Part shown: in pieces, positions 54,854 through 64,000 of the stretch
How positions within the stretch are numbered: the first letter of the stretch is position 1
Layout: each line of letters starts with the position of its first letter
Source of the DNA: Octopus vulgaris
Lineage: Eukaryota
Direction: 5' to 3'
DNA: 64,000 bases
Assembly: GCA_951406725.2 (NCBI GenBank)
Contig: OX597818.1
Location: 141,112,001 to 141,176,000, forward strand
Notes under the pieces: generated by a model
The model's database searches: none
Seen by the model: the letters and a program-made list of their open reading frames with translations, nothing else
What the model was told of the DNA's origin: nothing
Translations under genes and position numbers: made by a program

Positions 54854-56324
54854 AACGTAATATAATTGGGCCAATTTCTACAATGTCTGGTCCATAGATT
54901 CATTGACTTATTTTATTGGAGTGGTCGATATTTTCTTTTTGATTTCATCAAAGGTATGAACGGCTGAAATAAAGATGGATAAATTGTTATAGACATTTCG
55001 CAATGCGACAATAGAGAGAAAATATGGCGAGATCAGCAGTTCGCCCAATATTTATTTGTCACATAATTTTTATAGATATTGAGTTTTTTTTTTTTTTGTT
55101 ACTGGCCTTACAATGTTTTAATTTTACTAGTTTTAAGTTATATATAGTTTATATACTGTCATGTATATGTAATTTATATTCTGTCATCATTTGGGTGTTC
55201 ATTTTTGATATGATATGTGTTATTTCATAAAGAAGATATATAGGTTGATAATTGTGGGACATGCTATTCCTTTGTTAGTGAGTTTAACAGGAGTTTTATT
55301 CATTAATTTCTTTTCTTGATTGGTTCAAATCGTTTTTAGGATGTCAGTTCTCCTGCTACGATATACACGTCATCATGTTTATAATCAGGATATAATTACT
55401 ACTGCGCAGCTTCAATAGGCGTAAATCGAGTGTAAAAGAAATAAAACTGAAATGTAATAAACGGAAACTCATGGGGGTCAGATCAAAATCACCGTTCCTA
55501 ATCACGATGGGCAAACATGATACGTTATCCATTCCCACTGACTGGTACCACAATTTTGACATTGGTGGAATCAATTCTTTTGCAAGCATTCCTCATCAGT
55601 TATTCGGTCTGTGGATAATCCGGTATTGTTGTTTTCTTCTACAAATCTATGTAACCCTGGAAAGGAACTTCCCTGCTTTCATCCTTACCTGTGTAAGCCA
55701 GAAATTCAAAAGAAACGAATACTACATTTCCTTATGTGTCCTTTCTAAAGTTGCTATTTGAAAGATATTTTTTCTACATGACATACAGTCGTATAGAAGT
55801 ACTTGCACTCTCATAAATGTGATGATAAAATAAATACGTCGTCTCCAAAATTTATCGTATTTAAAGATGACAAACAGAAAAAGCAAACATTAATTGCACG
55901 GACACTCAGAGCAAAAAAAGAAAAAAATGCCATCTTGGCATACAAGTAATTATAGCTAAAACGTTAGCGTTAACCTTACTGACGTATACAAGCCAAAAGA
56001 AATTGCTTGACACAAGCAGTTTCAATAAAATAATATGGGAGAAGTATGTTATAAAGTGCAATGCCGTTTTTCTGAAAAAGTTATGATGGATATGGCAAGG
56101 AGGAAAGCAACAGAAACAAAAGTGTGTTTATGCTGAATAGAGGAACCGTGGCTGATGTGTGGAGCGATATTATTTCCATCGGCCGTGTTAGAAAAAATAG
56201 AAGTGAGTTGCTTAGTCTTTAATACGTGAAAGGGATATAACGACATGTCGATTTGGTGCACCGAATTTCTATCTATTCAGAAATCAATGACAGAGTCTAT
56301 GGGAAGACGGAATACAACGGTTTG

Positions 56325-56580
56325 GGTCCTAGGAAACTAATAGTGATCTTCAAATTTCGTTACTGTAACTGTACCGTTGTCAGCATATATGTAGGTGACT
56401 GGTAATAGTCACAATTTTGGCAAGGAAAAAATTCGCAATTAGTTTATGTTGGCCGGTAATAAAGTCACAGGAAATAAGTCACAATTAATTTATGGGATCC
56501 GGATACACCCCCAGGACAAAACTCCCTCGGACAACCTCCAACCCCGCCTCCTGACCCTACTCATGTGACTTTATTACACG
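56325..56580. mobile_element. Foldback/Mutator-like subterminal repeat fragments
   Basis: Short tandem GGAAATAAGTCACA-like and GGACAAAACTCCC motifs; similar GGACAAAAG/CCCC array at 57858-57925. Confidence 0.4.
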
Positions 56581-56689
56581 AGTTGCATATCTATTAAAAG
56601 TGCACTTTACACATATATAGAAGTCCGATTAATTCCGAATGCTTTGAAGCTATTTTGAAAAGCATCGGTTTGAATGTTAGTAGGTATGT

Positions 56690-57280
56690 AGGAAGACGTG
56701 TTCAATGTGAACAGCTTGCAAGTTCTTCTGTTCTGTAATTCGATCATTGTCCAGTTTTGAAAGGAAGTAGAGTATCTTACTACTGGTATAGTACATGTAT
56801 TTATTGCCTCAATAATATAGCCTTTACAATGCGGCGAGCTGGTTGGATAGTTAGCACGCCGAGGAAAATGCTTGGCTACATTTCGTCCGTCTTTACGCCC
56901 TGAGTTCAAATTCCGCCGACATCAATGTTGCCTTTCATCTCTTTCAGAGTCGACAAAATAAACTCCAGATGGGTAGTGTGGTCGATGTAATCGATTGACC
57001 CACTCTCCCGCAATTACTAGTCTTGTCTCACGATTTGAAACCAATAACATACTCTCTATTTAATTTTGATTCAATTAACTTCCTTATTCTTCTCTTGCCC
57101 ATTTTACAGATTTTCCCTCTCCTTTCCCTTTCCATAATCCTCCTGTATTGCAGTACCACTACCTCCCTGTATCCCTCATCATTCGTTAGCCTTCTGATGA
57201 TACTGTCCTCTGGTAAATTTACACCATAAGATTTTATATGCCGGCTTCTCATCATAATTGCACACGTATATATCCCAACT
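56690..57280 (-). pseudogene. R4/Dong-like LINE RT C-terminal fragment split by a SINE
   Basis: GVNLPEDSIIRRL..EGY..RRIRKLIESKLN then IIEAINTCTIPVVRYS..NWT..EL..RRTCKL. Confidence 0.75.
56828..57045 (+). mobile_element. SINE family A
   Basis: GCGGCGAGCTGG head and GAGTTCAAATTCCGCCG B box. Confidence 0.85.
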
Positions 57281-57457
57281 GTTTTCCAATACCGTTGTTG
57301 AATACTTTTACTGTTTACGTTAGAGAATCCAATTCTTTTCCTCGTTTGTATATATTTCAGATCATTTATTTTCACCTTGGTTTTGATAAGAACATTAGTT
57401 GGCGTCGATTTTCTTAGAATACTTGAGATATTTTATCTAATTTAATATATTATATTA

Positions 57458-57502
<45 letters not shown>

Positions 57503-57687
57503 CACTCTGCACATCAACAGTAGCAATTATCTCCAATGAACTGTATTCTTTTACAAATTAACCTCTTCTGATATACAAATCATTGGTGCCGCAAATAGTA
57601 CCATATCACTGAAATGTAGCAGAGATCTCCGAGGCAGCAGCAAGAGAAGTAAACGTGCAACACACACACATACATATAGATATATGT

Positions 57688-57769
<82 letters not shown>

Positions 57770-58867
57770 ACACGCACAAATAAACACACATGCTGAGACA
57801 CACACACACAAACACAATATATGTCTGGCGGAATCCGAGACAGGAGGTGAATTTTGTGGGGTCCGGACAAAAGCTTCTTAGTCAAAAGCCTCCGGGACAA
57901 AAGTCCCCTGGGACAAAACCCCCACGGTTATATTTGTCAGTTATTTTTCGTTTTTAGAATTTTTAGTTGAATGTTCCAACCCCAGAATTTTTGTTTACTT
58001 TTTGCAGTCATTAGCCAGCGTTTGGCCATGCTGGATCCCCACCATGAAGAAATTTTAGATGGCTGTGTGGAACCCAGAATATATTTTAAGCTTGATCAAA
58101 ACCACTTATTAGACTTCGGCCATGCTGGGGTAGCGCCTCGAAGAATTTTAGTCGATTGTATCGAAACCAGAACTATTTGATGACGATTTTCAACCAGCGC
58201 ATGAAGTTAAGCCTACAAGGCCTCTCGACATGCTAGAAATAACAGCCAAATCTCTTGAAATTTTTTATAACACTCTCACTCGGTTATAGTTTTGGAGTTA
58301 TTCTTCGATTTTTTACTATATTTTCTAAAATTCTTTTTACTTGTTTCAGTCACTGGACTGCGGCCAGGCTTAACCATGCCTTGAAGAAGTTTTAGTCGAA
58401 TGTATCGTCCCCAGAATCTTTTTTGTGTGATTTTCAACCAGCACATAAAGTTAAGCCTAGAAGTTCTTTCCACATATTAGAAATATCAGCCAAATCTTAC
58501 AATATTCTTATATAATTTCACGTAAACAAAGACGAGAATAGCGGTTGTAAAGAAAAAGTATGTTCCAAAATTCCAATTTTTAAGTAAACAAAATATATTC
58601 AATTGATAAACGGTGTCAAAACATTTATGTCCCTCACAATGGTATGCTCCGTGTGTTTCAATTATTTTCTTCGTTTTTAGAATAATTTTCAAATAAATCA
58701 AACTTAAATTATTCTGTTATTGAAGTTAAATCCACGCTCTTCTCTGTATAATTTATCAGTCCCATCTGACACTGCTCTGAAACCTCCTATTTAACATCAG
58801 GAGGTTGTACACCACCAATCTTCGTCTTTTGTTTTTTTCGTAAACTCTCCCTATATGAATATATATA

Positions 58868-58998
58868 CAGGGTGTCCCCAAAAAATGTATACACACCTTA
58901 AATAATTGTAAATTTGTTATTCTTTGTAAGCCTAGTACTTATTCTATCGTTCTCTTTTGCCGAACCACTATGTGTATACATTTTTTTGGGACACCCTG
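58868..58998. mobile_element. Tc1/mariner-type MITE
   Basis: ~28-bp TIRs CAGGGTGTCCC..AAAAATGTATACACA, flanked by TA. Confidence 0.88.
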
Positions 58999-59025
58999 TA
59001 TATATATATATATATTATGTATGTA

Positions 59026-59400
59026 TACTTTTTACTCTTTTACCTGTTTCAGTCATTTGACTGCGGCCATGCTGGAGCACCACCTTTAGTCGAGCAAATC
59101 GACCCCGGGACTTATTCTTTGTAAGCCCAGTACTTATTCTATCGGTTTCTTTTGCCGAACCGCTAGGTGACGGGGACGTAAACACACCAGCATCGGTTGT
59201 CAAGCAATGCCAGGGGGACAAACACAGACACACAAACACACGCACACATACATATATATATATATACGACGAGCTTCTTTCAGTTTCCGTCTACCGGGGC
59301 TATAGCAGAAGACACTTACCCAAGATGCCACGCAATGGGATTGAACACGGAACCATGTGGTTGGTTAACAAGCTACTTACCACACAGCCACTCCCGTGCC
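59026..59400 (-). mobile_element. SINE family C
   Basis: Homologous to 33271-33700. Confidence 0.92.
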
Positions 59401-59413
59401 TATATATATAGGC

Positions 59414-59525
<112 letters not shown>

Positions 59526-59587
59526 ATGCTAAGGCAGCAAAAGAATGAATGAGAGCTCGATCTTATGTAATTAGAGGATTTTATCTG

Positions 59588-59810
59588 TACTATAATATGT
59601 GACAGTTATTCGGTTGCCATAATAAGACTCCGAGTTTCGGATGTCGGGGCGGAAACCTGGTCCGGCATCTCGTCAGTTATCGAAGCAATCAAAAAATTGC
59701 AATTTTTGATTGCCTTGATAACTGACGAGATGCCGGAGCAGGTTTCCGCCCCGACATCCGAAACTCATCATCTTATTATGGTAACCGAATAATTGTCACA
59801 TATGATAGTA
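59588..59810. mobile_element. Palindromic element with two divergent hammerheads
   Basis: Centre AATTGCAATT; left (-) 59621-59681 GATAA-CTGACGA-GATG..CATCc-GAAA-CTCgGAG-TC-TTATT; right (+) 59717-59777 has a damaged stem III. Confidence 0.88.
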
Positions 59811-59945
59811 GATATATATATATATATATGATCCCTTGTGGCTAATAAAAAATTATTAGAGACAATTATTGTTACTGTTATTGTTATCATCGTCATCATT
59901 GTACTACTACTACTACTACTATGACAACTAATAATAATAATAATA

Positions 59946-60037
<92 letters not shown>

Positions 60038-60439
60038 TATTATTATTATCATGGTACCATCATTATCATCATAATTATCATCATCAGCATTATTAAATAT
60101 TAAATATTATACAGAAGTTTCTATAGACCATTATTTTGATAACAACACACTGTTTCTTCGCGTTTGTGTGTTTCTGTTTGCATTTACTATATTCTTAGAT
60201 ATTAAATGTAAAACAATACATAAGGCAGACAATTCCATTTACAAGGGAAATGCCTATTAGTATTGACTTCCTAAATCCACTTTTGTAGCGTAAATAGTTC
60301 CGGTAATGAGAATTCATGAGATGGAAACAGAATGGTATCTCCATAGCAATATCGACAGGAAATTTGCAATTCTAGCAAAACGTCAGCGCACTCACACACA
60401 CACACCTGTGTGTATATGCGTGTGTGTTCTTGTGCACAG

Positions 60440-60508
<69 letters not shown>

Positions 60509-60777
60509 TCTTAGCGTAATGTAAAACCGTATGTGATATTTAAAGATTACTACTGGGATTATTCAAAAGCAATCCAATGGAAATTGAAATATATGGGTGA
60601 AGACAGTAATGATAGCATAACTGCTGCGCACTTTATCTTATAATTCTATATTTTGGGATAAATAACGCTTCATCAAGAGAAAATGGGGACGGTGTCCAGT
60701 TCGTATTTTTTGCTTTTACATATGGGAGTAGTGGCGCCTGCGGCCTGGGCAAAAGAATATTATTACAATAAAGGATA

Positions 60778-61003
60778 AAGTGACAAGCAAAGCAGGTAGA
60801 ATTGTTAGCAAGCCGGGCGAAATATGTAGCGACATTTCGTCTGTCTTCGTGTTCTGAGTTTAAATTCCGCCGAAGTCGTCTTTAGCTTTCACCCTTTCAG
60901 GGTCGATAAAATAGATACCAATTAAGTACTCGAGTCGATGTTGTCGACATACCACGATACTCCCCAGAAATTGCTGGCCTTATGCCAAGAATTTGAAATC
61001 ATT
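60778..61003 (+). mobile_element. SINE family A, degenerate
   Basis: Core CCTTTCAGGGTCGATAAAATAGATACC. Confidence 0.8.
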
Positions 61004-61816
61004 GTTATAATAATCTTCCTCGAGTAACTCTCCTCTCTTTTCGATCGATGATTAAGTTTATACGAACGAGGTCGTCTATTTTTATTCTCTGTTTTCTGAT
61101 CCAATATTCTGTTAATTTAATGAACAGTAAAGTTCATGAAATAACAGAACATATGTAAAGTCCTGAGTGTGGCATATTTCTATGCGTTATTTCAAAGATG
61201 CATAGGTGTGTACATGTTCTTAATGTGGGTACTAGGAGCTTTCGGGTTGTGCTGCGATGTCGGAACCGACAAATTTACTAGTTGATACGTATGACTTGAG
61301 CACGCGTTCACATCGTTTCTGTCTATTTGCCGATTTTTCAGACATGAATTACTGCTAGGAAGAACCGGATTTAAAAATCTTTATGTTCACTTCCTCTCAA
61401 AGGGTCGTTTTGTGGACTGCAGTAGTGGTTCTATCATCGAAATATGCCAGTCTCAGGAAGCACATTTAATCTTTGCTCCACTGCCTTGAGCGAAGATTAA
61501 ATACAAATAAATATAATAATTAATGAAATAATTCACAAACTGACTCGCTAAGTCATTGATATTAAATTATAAGCGTATTCTTGTAAGATAAGTGTATTAG
61601 AACATGCTTTGAGTATTAATGTATAATTGGAAAGTTATATGGTGTCAAATGTATTCATTACTAAGTAATTAGCTTTATTTTGCTATATGATCAGTACGCT
61701 ATCATATGATTGCTGTATTATTGAATTAGTAGTGTATGAGTATATAATTAGTGTACTGCTATATCATAGGTGTACGGGTATGTTAGTGTACTGGTTAATA
61801 TATAAGTCGAAGGTTC

Positions 61817-62030
61817 AAGGTGGCAAGCTGGCAGAATCGTTGGCAAGCCGAGCAAAATGCTTAGTAGCATTTAATCCGGTATACTTTCTGAATTAAAATT
61901 TTGCTGGAGTCGACTTTGCCTTTCTTCTTTTCATGGTCGATAAAATAAGTACCAATTGAAAGCTGGCGTCGATCTAATTGAATTACACCGTCCCCCCAAA
62001 ATTGCTGGCTCTGTGCCAAAATTTGAAATT
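61817..62030 (+). mobile_element. SINE family A, degenerate
   Basis: AAGGTGGCAAGCTGGCAGAATCG head and GTCGATAAAATAAGTACC core. Confidence 0.8.
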
Positions 62031-62099
62031 ATGAAAATGAAGCAAACAAGTGCTCCACTCTAGCCTTGAAATCAGCGGAGTGGGCACTACTACCTACTT

Positions 62100-62540
62100 A
62101 CTGTGGCAAACGTTCGGCCAGAGTAAGAATAGGTAGAGTGACCACTGAAATTGACGAGGCATCGCTGGTGGCAGCCATCCTATATCATACAGAGGAAGAA
62201 GCAGACGTTTTAAAATGTCAGACTACGGAGGTGAACTGAAGGAGATATGGGCTAGAATTAATAGTCCATATAATCCTGCCAGACCTCCATAAGATTGTGG
62301 TAGAGCTGGTGTTGCCAGAAGAGACCAGATTAAGGATTGTTGTGGAGGGTAGACCTCCAATATGTTTTATGTGTGGAGTAAGGGGACACATGAAGGCCAA
62401 GTGTCCCCAGAAACAGGAGGAAGAAATAACAGAAACAGAAATGCAAGAAGAAGAGAATATAGTTGTAGCAGAGGAGAAAATGGACGAGCAATTTACGGTG
62501 TGGAAACGAAAAAAAGAATTTAGAATAATCACCTAAAAGC
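62100..62540 (+). pseudogene. LINE ORF1 (Tx1/L1-like) zinc-knuckle fragment
   Basis: IVVEGRPPICFMCGVRGHMKAKCP = CX2CX4HX4C; in-frame stops nearby. Confidence 0.75.
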
Positions 62541-63103
62541 CCCATGGAGAAAAAAAAAGAAAAAGAAACGAGGAAGAGAATAAAAAAGAAAAAGAAGAAA
62601 ATGGAAAACCAAGTGAAATGTGAACTCAGGAACCGTTGCCTTCAACCAGTAAGGAAGAAAGAGCACAACAGAAGAATGAAAACGAAAGAGACAGCGAATT
62701 TTGAGACAGAGAAAATTGTGTCGGACGAAGAGAGAGGTGAAAGATATCAGAGAAAGATACCTACATGTAGAAATTTACGAAACCTCGTAGAATACGAAAA
62801 CAGGGTTGAAATCGGACAGAATGGTAACAAAGATGAAAAATGTTATCAGAGTGAAATTGGCAAACTCAGAAGGTAAGAAGGGCTGGCTATTGGAGAGAGA
62901 AAGAAGATTAGTAGAAATGTTTGTGGGAAAAAAAGAGTTGTAATATCACCACTTCAATTTAGATACGACGAGTTGCCGCCTGTTGTAATTTTCGACGATC
63001 TTATGCAATATTTGTTGTAATTGTGTTTACAAAGCAAAAAAAAAAAAAGATATAAATGACTATAAAGTGGACTGTAATTTAAAAGAACACTAAAATAAAA
63101 CTG

Positions 63104-63524
63104 CGTATCTTTTCGGTTTGAACGGCAGTTTTTTCTAGCGGTGTCATATGAAATTGTCACCCATAATTATGACCCTAGTATCGATCTATTGCATTTCAAT
63201 CTGTTTTAGGGTTAGGGTTAGGGGTGGGGGGAAGGGCATCTTTTTTTCTTCACAAATGTAAATAAACCTAATCTGTTTCTTAAACGAGGGACATATTCAT
63301 ACGACACAGAATGTTTTTTTTTACCTCAATGGACGTCAGTGATTGGTTGAAATTGCAGAAATTGAAGAAAAAAACAACAAATATCTTACAAACTATAGAA
63401 TTTTCTCAATAAAGCCAAGAGAAAAATATGTTTTATAAACACATTCTACCAGTATACGAAGTTTAAAAGTGTTTAATTACCTAGAAATTATGTTAAAAAC
63501 TGCCGTTCAAACCGAAAAGATCCG
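63104..63524. mobile_element. Non-autonomous DNA transposon with 6-bp TSD and internal (TTAGGG)3
   Basis: 30-bp TIRs CG(T/G)ATCTTTTCGGTTTGAACGGCAGTTTTT; TSD AAACTG (63098-63103, 63525-63530). Confidence 0.9.
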
Positions 63525-63878
63525 AAACTGCTTGCTTTGGGGTACGAGTAAGCAATTTTTTCCTCATTTTTTGTCATAGTCATAGTCCATTGAACATGTG
63601 TTTTATATGTACACCAATGTCTTGTTTTGTCTGTCCTTGTGGTGTCCCCTCTTTATAAAGTCCATGTGCCTAAATAAAAGAAATCGAGCTGACAGAATCG
63701 TTATCACGCCAGACATAATACTTAGCGCCATTACGGGCTAGATAACACAAGTATCAGTTGAGTACAGGGCTCGACGTAATCGACTTACACCCTCCCCCGA
63801 AATTGCTGGCCTTGTGCGAAAATTTGAGACCAACATTTTATAAGTATGCTAATTTAAGAATATTGTATTGCTATACGT

Positions 63879-63920
<42 letters not shown>

Positions 63921-64000
63921 GTGTATTTCAGTTGCTGAGCTGAGGCGTTCCATTGTTAGATCTCATATTATAGTATACAAACTCCCGACTACTAATACTA

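Noticed and set aside
55540-55605. CTGATGA-GGAAT..ATTCC on the minus strand
   Set aside because: Stem II is not followed by GAAA, and there is no stem I or III

Overview
AT-rich, extremely microsatellite-dense eukaryotic non-coding DNA. The repeat landscape is most consistent with an octopod cephalopod intron or intergenic region (inference). I can support no intact host gene, and nearly all listed ORFs are translations of (TA)n/(CA)n/(TATG)n/(GATA)n/triplet repeats. The window contains about 20 tRNA-derived SINE copies with swapped heads and tails, and decayed LINE pieces (CR1-group, R4/Dong-like, RTE, Tx1-like ORF1). It also holds a mariner transposase pseudogene, two Helitron derivatives and TIR MITEs. 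The main hidden signal is about 15 type-I hammerhead ribozyme (HHR) motifs, intact or decayed, from roughly 10 unrelated short non-coding families. Each has a tiny palindromic stem III and sits beside (TA)n or related tracts. They occur in three layouts: (i) fused behind a tRNA-like Pol III head (4668-4885; probably 46801-47245), (ii) as divergent mirror pairs inside long palindromes (39212-39513, 48452-48780, 48846-49673, 59588-59810), and (iii) as partial tandem monomers (50253-51522). This looks like a diverse set of non-autonomous Penelope-dependent retrozyme-like elements. All structures were read by eye; no folding or database search was run.
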